A stretch of DNA of 64,000 nucleotides, taken from NCBI GenBank assembly GCA_030704615.1, contig CM060733.1, forward strand, positions 50,654,001-50,718,000, written 5' to 3'. The notes below the pieces were generated by a model that had not been told where the DNA came from, ran no database searches, and saw only the letters and a list, made by a program, of their open reading frames with translations. Source of the stretch: Takakia lepidozioides. Taxonomy: Eukaryota; Plantae; Bryophyta. Below are positions 34,900 through 49,259 of this stretch, one piece after another. The position numbers and the translations under genes are program-made. The stretch's first letter is position 1. Each line of letters begins with the position of its first letter.

Positions 34900-35259
34900 A
34901 GCAAGTAACATGCATTGACACATAATGACGAGTATCCCTCTAGAGAAGCAAGCAGATGGGATCAAGGAGTGTATTTTTATTTGTGGCACTATTGCATATT
35001 GAGAGTCTTGACGCCATAAACCCAGGCTTCCGGATGGTTAAATTTTTCTTGCAAGGATGGACTGGAAGCAAGGTCGAAGAAAACTTGCTTGAAATAATCC
35101 TATTATGAATTTGTGGATAGCTTGCCTCTGCATGTCTGATTGTCTGCCATAGCCAATTTCTGAGAAACGTTATCTTGGGTGGGGTTTTGGATGGAGGAGG
35201 AGTTGGAGTTTGATTGGGAATTTTCAAAAAGGCTGGTTGTGTTGTAGCTTCATGCAGAG

Positions 35260-35961
35260 GCAGCATGTACTTACACACAATCATTTGTGCCCACGTTATG
35301 TGTTATGCAGCCAAGTTCACGGATTCTGCTTTGGGTCTTCTCTTTGCCGATGTCGCCATGTCGAGAAAACAAGCATGTGGGTTGATGGCTCATTTCAAGT
35401 CATGTGTCCTGGGGACAGGGGGCTGTAAGGAGATGAAAGTGGGACAAAGGCTTATTAGGGGGTGGGGGGGCCCCCCCATGATATTGCAGTTTGAAGCTTT
35501 TAAGGGCAGCTGAACAGCAGCCAGTGTGTGCAAAACGCAAAATAGAAGTATAAACCGGTGCAGAGAAGCACAGAGCTCGACGGCCTGCTAAGCGGATTCA
35601 CAAAATGCCAATCAAATAGGGCACTGCTTGCAGCCTGCAGACTTCATGGTGATTTGGAGGTAGCTGAACGTGTGGCAGAGAACTTATCAACAGGGATCCA
35701 CACCAGCCTGCAGGTAATGTGTTGTTTTCAAACATCAGTGCAGCAGCTGGGAGGTGGGAGGATAGTGCAATCGTGAAAAGATCGATGGAGGACATAGATG
35801 TCAAACAGGAGCCAGGGCACAGCTGCATAGAGATTGACAACCAGCTGCATACATTTATCGTAGAGGATACATCACATCCACAAATCGAGGAATTCCATGC
35901 TGGGCTGAAGAGATTGTCTGTCTCCACAATGCTCCCTGGAAGATATGATGTTGCCCCATGA
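35260..35961 (+). pseudogene. PPR E1/E2/DYW-start pseudogene fragment
   Basis: ALLAACRLHGDLEVAERVA and LFSNISAAAGRWED...KQEPGHSCIEIDNQLHTFIVEDTSHPQIEE in different frames, truncated. Confidence 0.85.
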
Positions 35962-36756
35962 AAGTACAAGACCCCGCAAATTTGAACCGATGGCCATTTC
36001 AGACTGTAGCAACAACAGCAGATATGGTGCGCATCACAGAGGTGACGACGCGATGAAGAGACGATGAAGAGATGATGAAGAGAAAGAGACACAATGTGGA
36101 GGAGAGAGGTGAAGTGAAGACAAAGTAGAAGACAGACACACGCAGAGAGAGTGATTACAAAATGAACCATGCTTGGGCCACTTCGGCAATCGAACCAAGA
36201 CTGGAAAATCAAATCCTACAGCCATGAAGTGGCTCATCACCAATTCGTTATTCCACGAGCTGAAGTAGAGAAGTGCACTCCAAAGCTGCCATGGAGAAAA
36301 CACGAGTTGGAGAAACAAATCACTACAAGGAAGAATCGCCTTGCAATTTGTAAGGATGTTGTGCGGACGTGGAAGCCAGATGTGAAGGCCGTGGGTGATT
36401 GTTCTCCTGAACTCGGGCTTCGGTACTATGCTCTTGCAACTGGTTACAAGAGCAGCAAATATTGTACCTTACCAAGCAGTTTCACAAAAACTTCATCCTC
36501 TCCGTCATGATGACACAAAGGTCCTTTCCATTGTATACAGAAGTCCCACTCTCTGCCAAGCGGATGAGATCTTCCAAAGCATCAACGCCAAATGGCCTGT
36601 GAACGAAGTGTAGACAATTCGACAGTTTGATGTTTCTTTTCTAAACATTGAACAAGCTAATTTTTCAAGGAAAGCTTCGTGTCCATGGTCAAAACATCAA
36701 AGATGTACGGATGCAGAGCAAGATATACTCCTACTTTGGGCTCCTTTTGTGTTGGG

Positions 36757-37372
36757 GCATGTTGTCGTTCCCACTCGAGAAGGCACTTCGTCGCATATTC
36801 TGCTAGATCCACATTGTCATGAATTCGGCAGGCACCAAGCAAGCCCCCCAAACCCCACCATCTGATTCAATGGGCATTTTATTAATGAAGTCTTGCGCCT
36901 CATTCAATCGCCCTCCACGACCAAGGAGGTCCACCATACAGCCGAAATGACCCACTGTAGGAGTGAGGCCATAATCCTGTCTCATAGAATCAAAATAGTG
37001 ACAGCCTTCATCCACTACGCCCACATGACTACAAGCATAAAGAAGACATATAAAGGTGATAACGTCTGGTTTGAAGCCTTTGTTTTGCATTTCTTCAAAA
37101 AGTTGGAGTTCCTCTTTCCCCAACCCTTGCTGAGCATATCCTCCAATCATCACATTCCATGAGACCACATTTCGTTGTGGCATACTGTCAAATACTTGAC
37201 GTGCATCCTATATGCTCCCACATTTGCTATACATGTCAGCAAGTGCAGTCTCAAGAATGATATCGGGTGCAATTCCAGCTTTGATGATGTCTGCATGGAC
37301 ATCTTTTCCCCTTTCCAAGAATTCCAGGCTGGCACATGCATGGAGGACACAAATGAAAGTGATATTATTGGG
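36757..37372 (-). pseudogene. PLS PPR pseudogene fragment (L-S-P2-L2-S2-E1), frameshifted, 5' part replaced by insertion
   Basis: ITFICVLHACASL...ADIIKAGIAPDIILETALADMYSKCG; RNVVSWNVMIGGYAQQG...GHFGCMVDLLGRGG; GGLLGACRIH. Close paralog of 31786-34899. Confidence 0.9.
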
Positions 37373-39823
37373 CCGCTGCTGCGCGCGGTCGCCCACCTGT
37401 GCAGGCGGCCCCCGCGGCCCTGCAGACGCGCCCACGCCCGTGTCCGCCGCGTCGAGTCCCCTCAGCCCGTCCGCTGCCCGCCAGTACGCCAGTCCGTTGT
37501 TGCACGCCAGTCTGCCCGTCCAGTCCGCCAGTCCGCAGGATCTGGATGATCTTGACAGGACTGGCGGGGCTCTACAGCCACCATCGTGCATATGCTTCCA
37601 CTATTTTCGCCTTTGTTATTGTGCTTTACAGAGGCTTCACCCCTTCACTTGCACCAAGCATATGTCTCAGTTTGCAATCTCCTTGTGGGAGCAGCAGCAG
37701 AAGCGGTGCATTGTCCAATTTGCAAGGAGACGACCAAACTGAGACAAGTGCATGCCGCAAATTTATATAGGGATGTTTGAGGTCCTTACGACTAGTTCCT
37801 CTTCCTTGGTGGACACCAATTCTATTTGCAAATCAGTCTGTTGGACTCTTACTTTATCAGGTTGTTGTGCCCTCGGCCCATCAGTGCCCTCCATATTCGT
37901 CTGCTACACTTGTCACTTTGTCAATCTGGCATGCTGGAAGCATGTTCGCAGTTTTCGTCTGCTGGCCCGTCTTTGAGCCCGTCTGCTTCACACTCGTTCT
38001 GCATGGATATTATGAGTCTATTCGACAGTCACTGTATCGTTTTGTCATGCCGCCAGCCTTTTCGCTCCGGGTCTCTTCAATTTGACTGATGGTGCACGAG
38101 TCAGTTTATTGGCGTCTTCTCGAGTTAGTTTGTTCAACCGAGTCTCACTCCTCCTACATAAGATGGCGTGTAATGCAGCGCGGGTTGGATTACCGCTAAT
38201 GGTGCCGGCTCCTGCGCGGGCTCGATTGAAATGTACGATGGTAGAGCAAAGTCGGACATCTTTGCTCGTTGTACCTGGCGATGCATGTTGTCGAATTCCT
38301 TGCCTGCTTGTATGGCATCTACCAAAGTTGCAGGTCTTTGCTGCAAAACATGAAGGTGAGTGGTCTCTCGTAATCCACTCAAAAAAACAATCTTTGAGTA
38401 CCCCATCATCTAGGGGTGTCAGCATTAGCTCCCTGAATCGCATTTCAAAGTCTGCTACCTCCTCTGTGGGGCCTTGGCGAATCCTTGCCAGTGTCATCAA
38501 GACACTGGTGAACTGGTGGATTGCCCGGAAATGATCTAAGAATGCGTCATGAATCTGCTGCCAAGTAATAAATATACCTGGAGCATGTTGCCAGTACCAA
38601 GTAGATGTTATTCCCCTCATGGTTGTGGGAAACCATATTAGCCAATAGGCATCATTTAGTGCTTGGTTAGAATAGCAACATTGAATGAAGCTTTTCACAT
38701 GATATTCTGGATTTTCATGTGCTTTCCCGGAGAACCAAGGCAGATGTCTGGACAATGTTAGCGCGGGTAGGCCTCACTAGAAGAAAAACGCGGAATAACC
38801 ACTCTGTTAACCACTCATTTTGAGTGGTAAAAGACACTAAACCACTCTGGCCCCAGAGTGATGAAGAACCAGTGCATTAGGACAAGTGAGTGGTAAAAGA
38901 CATTACGTGGCACCGGTGGTTAAGGACAGTGGTTCGAACCACTCACGTCCGGGTCCACCTGTTAGCTGACGTGTCACTGAGGTAAACCAACCACTTATGA
39001 CGTGTCATAGTGATAAACTGACGTGTCATAGTGGTAAAGTAACCACTTCCGTTTTGTAGTAGAGACGTGTAAGCCGGTGGCCCGTGGATGATATTGGAGA
39101 TTATGTCGACACATGACGACACTCTCAGCATGGACACGTGTCGTGTGTCAGTGCTACGAAATGGATGGAGTGAAAAATTCAATGACTTCCGAAACCACTT
39201 GTTGAGTGACCACAAAATGACTCATAGAGTCATTCTATGAAAACTGAGAATATACAATATCACTCACAAAGTGGTTATGTGAGTGGATGACGTCTTTCAG
39301 CAGGTCATTGGAATGATTACCCACAGAGTGGTGTGTAAGCTATTTGAGTCATTCATGGTGTCCCTCTGAGTGGGAACTATGGATTGGAGTCATTACTAAC
39401 AGAGTGGTGTGTAAGTGATTAGGAATACCACTGGAGGAATTCATACCACTAGTATAGTAATATATATGTCACTACTTATACCACTATACAAGTGGTAATG
39501 TAAGCAATTGTGTGCATTTGACTACTCCCACAGTTTTAAATTATACCACTAGTACAGTGATGTGCAAGTGATTATGAACATGACTAAAGGAACACATACC
39601 ACTAGTGTAGTGTTTAAAGCAGTACCATTGGGGATTCAAGCTCCACAAAATAGAATAGAATCCCAGAGAGTTAAGTGTTGGAACACTGTCGACAAAATCC
39701 AGCCATGATAAAAGCACTAAGCCTAACTTCTACACGGCGTCTCCGCATGCATGCTAAGAACACTGAACTGCTTTCATGCCTTTTTCTCACTGCCAGCAAT
39801 GTCTATGCCCGGGCAAACGAAAT

Positions 39824-40099
39824 CTAAGCCCTCTTCATGTTCTTCTCTGGCCAAAGACAATTCAGACCAACGACATCCTCTAACATTGTTTGCGGTGGGA
39901 CCTCTTCCTCGTTAGGGTGAGGCAAAACACAATTGGCAATATAGATATCACTCACCTCAACCCGCCACAATCCCTCATGTATAACACAGCAGTGATATGT
40001 ATCTTTGTCAGGCACACCAGTGACAATTCCACTGGCAGCCCTGTGTTGTGGTAAATGAGGATCATACAGGCTGATTTTGTCCTTCAACTTAAACTGCAC
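39824..40099 (-). CDS. CACTA TnpA-like C-terminal exon
   Basis: ASGIVTG...HCCVIHEGLWRVEV...LPHPNEE...LEDVVGLNCLWP, typical of an En/Spm-associated module; lies inside the CACTA. Confidence 0.55.
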   Translation of the reverse strand: MQFKLKDKISLYDPHLPQHRAASGIVTGVPDKDTYHCCVIHEGLWRVEVSDIYIANCVLPHPNEEEVPPQTMLEDVVGLNCLWPEKNMKRA

Positions 40100-42109
40100 A
40101 CAGCACCCACCATAAAACTCACATTAATCAACCCATGAAGACATACATGTACATTGAAAACTAGATAATGAGGACCGCCCAATATAAGCAATCACTGAAA
40201 GTGTAGAATACTTTTGGTAGCATAAGAATATCTGCCACTGTAGCAGGGGGTTGATATTTGGGGGTTGCCTTTGAAGGCGCCGCAGTTGGTGCACTGTCGG
40301 TGGCAGTATCAAGAGCGGTTTTCTCAGCCTGCAAACATCACGCCCAACACCCTTAGCAGTTTCATTTAGCAATGCATCTACTAATAGTTTGAAGTACCCA
40401 ACATGTAAATGGCCACATTGTACAGAACTGATAGCCAACAGGTGCATGCATGCTCACCTCTAGTACACAAACTGCTGCATGGAGAGGTGCCTCCTGAAGG
40501 CCCACCTGACTCTTACTCCCGCTAAAACTTGGTGTTATGTCACCATTTGCATCAGTCAAGGACTTTGTGCCTTTGGCAGCAGTGGCTCTGGTTACACGCT
40601 CTCCTTTTTGCATGTACTTCTTCTCAGCTCCCTTCACGATGGCTGGGGCAGGGTCCTCTGCTTTAGTCCCCTTCTACATGCCAACAAAACAACAAGGTAT
40701 ACTACATGAGTATGTCTTACTATACCTGATGCATAGAATTCATGGCACACACCAATAAAAGGGGGGCCTGCCCACTGCCCACCAACGGCGTTGCATGGAG
40801 GGTTCCAAGTTTGGGCACCTCCTCCAGGTAGGAGCTCCTTGCTGCAGCCACGTTTGCCCACCTCTAGATTGCACCCATGGGCCATTCAAGCCTTGTTGCA
40901 CCCATGTCGTAGGTGGACCAGTAGCATTCGCCACAGCCTCAGTCCCCCTTTCTTTTGCACGCTTTGATGCAGCCTAACACAAGCCCCTCCACCCCCACAA
41001 AATTAGCAATGATAGAAAATAAGGTCAACCGGGCAACGAGCAAGGTCGGCAGTTCGTGAACGCATACAAACCTTGGCCCAACGTGCCAAGAAAAGTTTGG
41101 CATCCAATGGTGTGAATGGATGGAATGTCATGCTCTGGCGCCCTAGCAATGTCCCACATCCATTCAGTATTAAAACCCTAACACATGTTCTAACCCTTTG
41201 AAATTTAATCCAGCAGTCAAGCTATATCTTTCTAACAAAGTTTCCAGGTCATTCACATTTAGGAAAGAACCAAGGTTTGATATATAACATTTACCACCAT
41301 ATATGCAGATTGTAAACTCATCACAAAAGCAGATTGCAGGTCTGGAGATAAATCTCCGGAACCAGGTTCAAAGCATATCAGGTTCGAAATGAAACAATCA
41401 ACCACTCATGCCTTAAGTTCACAAGCCAATCATAGTAGTAATAGGCTTGGTTATATAAACCAATCACCATCTCAGTCACTGTAAGCATATACATTTCATG
41501 AGCCATTCTCCAGCCTCTCCCTCACTCTCAGTCCAGCCCCACACACTCCCTTCTCCATCAGTTCATCACTCCAAAGATCATTCCTCCGCCATACACCCCA
41601 GCCTCTTACTCACTTAGATTTACCCTAAACCTTGCTCGGTTCTGCCTCTACCTCTGCTTTACACAAAACCCTACCCTAAACCCTATACGTCATGAAAATG
41701 CTCAATTGCTTCCACAATCTGAGAGGAACTAAGGGTGAGATTGTATTTATAAGACGTTGTTTGCCGTAGCCTTGTGGCCATTGACCCCGCGCCCAGTTTG
41801 AGCGGGAACAAAAGGAACATAACCTACCTCTGTCAAGGGCTGACGTTGGTAGTAAGACTTACCTTCATATAAAGACCACATGTCCTCCTTCTAACTAAGT
41901 TCAGTAGATGTTCAACAATCCTTTCACCATCTCTTCACACAAGACATCCCCTACTTTAATGATTGTACCGCTGGCATGAGCAACATCTAAAGGCAGTACA
42001 CCAGCAACACTTCACCAGCAGAGACACCCATTCCATAGCACTCAAGCACTTTCATGACCTCCTACTGTAATTCAGAATGTTGTTCCTTCTCCCATGAGTA
42101 TCAAACCCC

Positions 42110-42450
42110 GCGATCGCGGTTGTCCCACCATCGTGCATGCCTTCATGCCCCGATTCTAGGGCTTGAGTCCATGTCTGCCCCCTATCCCACCAGCTCCGCT
42201 CGTCATTGTACATTGAGAAAAGCCACACCTTGCGATCGCGGTTGTCCCATCATCGTGCACGCCTTCATGCCCTGATTCTAGGTCTTGAGTCCCTGTCTGC
42301 CCCCTATCCCACCAGCTTTGCTCGTCATTGTACATTGAGAAAAAACCACACCTTGCGATCGCGGTTGTCCCACCATCGTGCACACCTTCATGCCCCGATT
42401 CTAGGTCTTGAGTCCATGTCTGTCCCTATCCCACCAGCTCCGCTCGTCGT
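42110..42450. repeat. Tandem repeat, ~3 x 122-123 bp, inside the CACTA
   Basis: GCGATCGCGGTTGTCCCA starts at ~42110, 42232 and 42355. Confidence 0.9.
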
Positions 42451-45400
42451 CTCTCATGATCAGACTCGACACTATAAGAAAACAAACATAGCTCTGTCAT
42501 GTTTGTCTTTCACAATCAAACTCGACACAAAAAAAACAAATAGATGCCACAATGGCAGGGAAGACAAAAAAAACGCGAAGTCCCCTCACTCATGACTGGA
42601 TGGATGAATGTAGCGATAGATGGATGGATTTTGGGTTTTTCATCAACACACAAACCACTAAAGTTTTTCACCACAGAAGTAATACCAATCACTGGTGTGT
42701 ATGTAATCACTAACGCGTAACCACTCTCCTAGTGGTTCCAACCACTAGCAGAGTGGTTCCAGTTAATAAATGGTCTGTAACCACTCACTCTACACCACTC
42801 TCAAAGTGGTACCAATCAATGGGGGTCTTTAACCACTCCAGATCTACGTATATTGTCCCCGTCCACGTGGAATAATATAGTTCATAATTAAATATATTTT
42901 GAAATGATAAATCTTAAATAAAAATTGAATTATTACACGTGGAGTAGCAAGTGGTTTCAATCACCTCCCATCACTCAGGTGTCTTCAACCACTCACAACC
43001 CACCCCAGAAGTAGTACCAATCACTCACGTGTATGTAACCACTCACAAGTGCCCACTTGAAGAGTGGTTCCAGTTACAAAAGGGTCTTAACCACTCACAT
43101 TCCACCACTGTGTAAGTGGTACCAATCACTGGGGGGTCTTTAACCACTCCAGATCTACGTATATTATCCTTGTCCACGTGGAATAATATATTTTGAAATG
43201 ATAAAAATATTTAAAAAAAAACAAAAACATGTGGAGTAGAAAGTGGTTTCAACCACTTCCCATCATTGAGGTGTCTTTAACCACTCATAACTTATCACTG
43301 TACCCGTCCATGTCGAATATTATCATTATTAATATAAATATTTGACCAAATGTCGAATAATAAATATAAAATTAAATATTACGCGTGGATTACTCAGTGG
43401 TTGAAACCACTTCCAACCACTCCATATGATGCCATCGTGGCATTTCATCGGAATTAACCACTGACCAGTGGTTACCATTACTTGGAATGATTTATAGAGT
43501 GATAAAAGACAAGAGTGGTTAAGGGGGCCAGTGGTTATTCTGCGTTTTTCTTCTAGTGCCTGCTGGAACCACAATGGGTACCTCAGGAGGTCCTGGGATA
43601 TATGCCTTGGTTGACACTAATGACGGCGAGGGACTCCTTGACCTAGCCGGTGGGGTATAAGGGGGATTAGATATAGGGGAAACCACTCGTGAACACTTGA
43701 TGTCCGAAGAGCCTTCAGCGTCCTCTCCTTCCCACTCTATCTTTACCAAACTTCTAGTGTCTAAGTCTGACTCTGGACTCAATGCTGGCTTTTCCCTAGC
43801 AACTGATCTCGGACGGCTTCTCTAGCCAGTCTTCTTTGCAACCTGGCGCCAAACGATATGCTATCCAGGCTTGGGAGTGTGTCTCTCGATTCTGAGCTAG
43901 ACATACACTCACTATTGTACCAACGGGGATTTTTCTGCCTCAGTCTGTACTAAAAGACCTATATTACCCTGAACTACCATGTCAAGAATAAACGAGGTCA
44001 AAGTTGCAAACCTTCCATGAAACCTTGGCGATGGAGGCACGTCAGTGTGCAATTTTCCAGATATCTTCTAATCTTCAGGTGATCGAGGTATGCTGCAATA
44101 CCTACACTCATCCGGTCTACGCACATAATGGGACGCCAACTGGCACAATCAATGCAATGCTTTGAAATATAAAATATCATCCACATCATGCTTTGGAGTG
44201 ATAAGAATTTGCTACATATATTTCTAAGGTGGGTATGATTTTTGAGGCTAGGATCAAGAGGTTTCGAAGCAGATTCTGGCAACATGAACCAGAAATTCGA
44301 CTTATAATAGAAGCGTACATCGATCGCTTAGCTCAACGGAAAGCCATCAAGAAAGGGTGGATAGACGAACGGGTTTGGTATGAACGACCCTCATCAATAA
44401 GCTCACTGGAGCATTTCTACTGGTGTAAAGACAGGCTTAACTGGCCGTATTGTTCATGCCCTGGGATATACCTAGGGGCTTTGCCCCAGGTTTTCCTTCA
44501 CAACACATTTAAGGTGACAGGTAGATTTCTTCATTCATTGTCACGTTCGACATAGAAGACAACACCCTAGATACGCCACTTGCCAGGCGAGATGTGCCTC
44601 AAGCAAGGATTGCACGTTGAGGTTCCCTAAGAAGGGGGGTTGGCAACATCCGGGCCAACGTGTATTGAATCTAAAAAAGGCAGAGATGGGAGAGGTAGGA
44701 GCCCTGTCTCCTTATGACCATACTTTGGCCGAATTCCAGTATCCACGGTATTCTTCGGCGATGTCCAAGATGCATCTGCGCATTAACCTGCAGACCACAA
44801 TGGCATCTTCTGTATGCACTTCGCCGGATCGGGTGCCTGAAATGACATGATATAGGCCCACAACGCGTGCCTCAAATGACAAGTGAAACGATGGGCTGCC
44901 ATTTGGTCGGTGGTCATGCTGCACCTCCAGGATTGCCATAACGTTAGCCCTGAAAATAACTTGTTTCAAATTCTCATGCAAGAGATCATAATCCGTATGA
45001 TCATGGGGTTCCTCAACCTCCACGTGATGAAGTACTTCATGAATAAGCAATAAAGTAATAAGTAAGAAAAAACCATCACAAGAACACATATCATTAATTC
45101 GTCCATAAACACTTTGAGAGGCCCTGACTTTTACCTATCTCCCGACAAACGCACCAAAATATGACGAGCCCTGGTCGCGCGCGGCCAGGGTGACGGCGTA
45201 CTAGCTTAGGGGGTCGTGGTAAGTTGCGGTGTAAGTTGGGCTCAACGAACCGCCTACCCGGCTGCGGTAAGTGCAGGGGTCTGCGGCAGCTATGGTGCAT
45301 CTAACACATTCTAACTTCCTACCGGCAAAGCAAAGCTTGACAACTCCACTTCACATGGCGATTTGCGTTTCCTAGTCCTACGTTTTGTTTATGGTTTTCT

Positions 45401-48400
45401 ACGTCTTTAATCGTAATTGCCTTCCAAGTCTTTGTTTATTACTATTCCCTACGTGCCTAGACTCCCAACACGCTTATAGCCGGGACGAACCTTTAAATCC
45501 CTTCACAAAGCGAATCCCGAGCCCAGGGGAACGGGGATCATTTATCTCCCGCCTAATGGCCCCTTCTAAACCCCGAGGTGGATTAGTTTCCTACCTCCGA
45601 GGAAGGGACCGGATCCGCTTTCCCAAGTCAGTCTCCCCCGCTTGGAACGATCCAAAGTTTCAACATCAATGGTCAGTCCATCGGGTGAATGATAGCAATT
45701 CAAACCTCAAGGTGATTCCCGAAATCTAATAAAACCAATGGTCGTTCCTTGGCATAAGGCCCCCCCAACGGCCGGGTATTTGCTTTCAAATAACCTTGGC
45801 GGACAGAGGCGATACCTCCCTTAAAACTTCCATTTTAAAGTTAAGGGGGTCCAGATAAAATCCCTTATTAAAGGCAAATTTACCTTGCTGAATAATAAAG
45901 AACAAATAATAAAAACCTTCCTACATATGCATGAAATCCGTAGAAATAGAGAACCCTCGTAGATCCTAGAACTACCCTAATTAAGCACTTCTACATCGAT
46001 CTTCCAGAAGAAGTTAGGCTGGCCCCTCTTCTTGTTGTGGTCGTTCCAATTTGGGTACAGTGGGAATACCTTGGGAAATGGCCCTTGTTTTGGGAGCGTT
46101 GGGGAACCGCTCTCTATCTTGGGAGCGCCCCTAAATTCCTATACCAACCCAATCAATAATGCATTAGTAGCTTAAGTGATCACCGGGCCCGGATGAATGA
46201 AATCCGCCTCCTATCAGTTTCTCATCCGATTGCCACCGTGGTGTTTAAACAACGATGAAACATTCAGTGGGTCCCAGGGTCCATTCCCTGCGCCTCTTCC
46301 ACCTACTTTCAATATAATCTGATTAATTTATGTAAGCAACCAGCCTAGAACGAATTTGGAACATGTCATCTTCTACCTTCTGGAACCCCTACCAGGGATT
46401 CTCTCCTCCCTGTCTCTGGGCTCTCTCTCTCTGCCTATGACATCCACCCGCGAGCCGTGCTTTTCACAAGCCCCGAGATACATATCAAACTGATGGCTTC
46501 AATCGGGCCTATGTAATGGTACCAACCATTTCTTATCATTTGCTAAAACACGCCTTCATTCCCATGCAAGAAGAACACCATAAATAGTGCACAAGAAATC
46601 AAAGGCATAGGAAGAAAACCCCCCTTAAAATACCCGTACCAGGGACCAACAGTCCCTGGCGGAGTCCGTCGCAATATCCAGCGGTTAAATCCGATACCCC
46701 GCGACTAGCGCCACGCGGCGTGACATTACTGGCCCGCCACCGGCACAGGTCCAGTGGGTACTAGCAGGCTCCCGCCATCTCTGCCGCTCGTGTCGTACCT
46801 GCGTGGGCCCAACTATGGCACCTGGTGCTGCCACGCTGTGTACCAGTAACCAGTACTTTGCTCCAGGGTTCTACTCCACCCCACGGGGGAAGGCTGCGCC
46901 ACCCGTGTTAGATGTGCATTTCCATGGCGATTCTAGGCAACCTCCTTGGTTGACCTCCAGCCTAGAGGCGTCTAAGGCGTCGGCACTTTAGTGCTGGACT
47001 CTGCCTTTTTTGGCAGCTCTCTACAAAATAGCTTAACCACTTATAAAGCTAGTTAGCAATGTCTCCCATGGTCCTCCATGGCCACGGGGCCACTAAGCTA
47101 GAAATGGAACTTTGATAAGAGCTTCGCTACTTCATGCAAGCTTGCCCTCTCCTTAAACTTAATAATGGATATCTACCCTCACTTCCCTGACGTCATTGGG
47201 TTAGATTCCTAAAGGCCCTGTCTCTTTGGGCTTCACACCTGTGCTCATCACACATGCACATAAAGCTTCACACACATCCTCTTTGAAAGATGGTTAGTTC
47301 TTATAAATTTCTAGCAAACAATGCTATAAGGTCCCGACTTCTTGGAAAAGCTTAAACAACACATTGAACAATTGAATTCAGAGGTCAAGATAATATGGTT
47401 AGTCACCCTCTGAAACAAGTGGAGCTCGAGATGCACTAAATCGCTCGGTAAAATGGTACTCAAATCTGGTCCTCCTCCGGCCTCCTACTCGTCCTCAAGT
47501 CTCCCACTTCATGGAGTGTTTCCTCTACTTCTTGCCTCACATGGCCACAAGGCCTTGAGCTAGGACTATTCCGCTCTCATTATGCTTGCTTCTACTACTA
47601 AAGAGCCACAAGCTCAACCCTCTAGGATCTAGCTCTCTCAAGCTAACTAAACAAGCAAGAGGCCAAAGCAAATAAATGAGTCTATATGAAGAACAAGAGG
47701 AGCTTGCTCTTCTTTTATTGTGTTTTTGGGGCTTCTTAAACGAGTGGAGGATAGTTTTAAACTATTATTTCCTATAATTTAAAAACGATAGAACATAATA
47801 AACTAATAACCTTCGATTGAAAACCTTGGAGATAATGATAAATGTGGTTTCTTCATCCATCCAATGGATGACCAGTTGGCGCTAGGTTGTCTTCTTATCC
47901 ATCCAGCTTCCAGGTCAAAATTCTTTTTTTCATCCATTAGATGAGCTAGAATTCCATTTAATCGCCCTTTGCACATGCCTCCGGCTTGATAATTTGATGT
48001 CGTCTTTCATCACCTCCATAAATCACCAAACTTGGTGAAACATTATAATTAGATGCCCCGTAGCTGCCTGTAAATTCTCAGGGGAATCGGGGAAGAAAAG
48101 CCAATCCTTTCGCTGGTTTTTATGGTTTTGTCATACACGCAGTCTGCCGCTTCCTGGCAGTTAAAATACTCGTGGTGGGGTCTTTGGCCCTGCCACTGGG
48201 TCACAGATCTTCTGAAGTTCCCTTCTACTCACTTTGCATCGCTGAGGAGGTCAAAACTTCGTCGGGAAGCTCATTCACCCGTCGTTTGCTCCGATGCAGT
48301 ACTTGCTTGTCGCGATAATTCATCGTTATACAGATTGTTTCCTCCAATTGCCAAGACTCCTTGCCGCGCGCTCCTACTGGACTTGAAAGGCGGGAGAATA

Positions 48401-48789
48401 GAGAGATTGTAATCCGGGATTGGAACAGTCGTCATGTATTGTTTCGAACGGGTGTATGTTGTCGTTACTGGTACCGAATTGGCAGCCTAATTCGCTGTCG
48501 ATGCAGCGTCCTACGGTCATTTTGACGCCAGAGCTTCTCTCCATGGTCGTCTCAGACATGATCTAAGTTCCTACGTGCTTTACTAGCGATTCCCAGATAA
48601 CTTACAAACTGCCATGCTTTGGTAGTACAATGCCTAAATTGTTTGCCTTAAGATAAAAAACGATCTGAAAAGAAATTTGTACCAATATATGCATTTACAC
48701 TCTACACAAATCATGCACACATCCTTGTCTTGCGGCTAGCAGCTGACAATGACAGCCTAGAATTGTTCCAGCAAACACCCCAACCCTAC

Positions 48790-49027
48790 TGACTTAGAGG
48801 CTGTAGTGTCCAAAGCCATGTTTGTTTCTAGAAAATTGTCTGATGAAAATGAAGTTAGACAGAAAACATCCCTGGCCTTGTTTCTAGTCTGTGACATGGG
48901 GGATGACATCTTGGATGACCTCACTTGGGTCTACCCACTCTCGGCACCAGACTGAAATTTAACTCAGGGCAGTAATCCTACCTTTGAATAGCAAACAGAA
49001 GCTAAGAGGAAATGGAGAGTGCAATTA
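48790..49027 (+). repeat. Second copy of the LINE-like fragment at ~27765-28000
   Basis: CTGACTTAGAGGCT.TAGTGTCCAAAGCCATG...GACATCTTGGATGACCTCA...GGGTCTACCCACTCTCGGCA shared. Confidence 0.8.
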
Positions 49028-49259
49028 CATCCAACTCAACTAATCACGCTAGTTCCTATGGTTAATTACATCTGCTACTCTCTCTAACAGACATTCATTT
49101 TTTTGCCTCGGTTATCCCACCATTTACTGGGGTCAGAAGAGTATTCATCCCACAGATTCTCCTCATATCTGTTACTTGTTTTTGGATACTTTCCTGTTGT
49201 CACGTTGGCAGTATCATGTCAAAGTCACTCCAAACAAGATTCACTCAACCAGCTAACTT

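Larger units (their letters stand above)
38775..43558. mobile_element. Non-autonomous CACTA element, 4784 bp, with intact TIRs and 3-bp TSD
   Basis: TIR CACTAGAAGAAAAACGC(G/A)GAATAACCACT (29 bp, 1 mismatch). TSD CCT at 38772-38774 and 43559-43561. Dense ACCACT/AGTGGT subterminal repeats. Confidence 0.97.
38045..43782 (-). pseudogene. LTR-retrotransposon gag relic, interrupted by a CACTA insertion; pol not seen, LTRs not resolved
   Basis: LPWFSGKAHENPEYHVKSF...FPTTMRG...WY...TWQQIHDAFLDHF...RQGPTEEVADFEMRF (Retrotrans_gag-like). Removing the CACTA restores the frame PIVVPAG-LPALTLSRHLPW. Confidence 0.85.

Noticed and set aside
43840-43856. TTTGGCGCC (minus strand) as retrotransposon PBS, or as another array site
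   Set aside because: Only a short match, no adjacent LTR end identified, and it lacks the palindromic arms.
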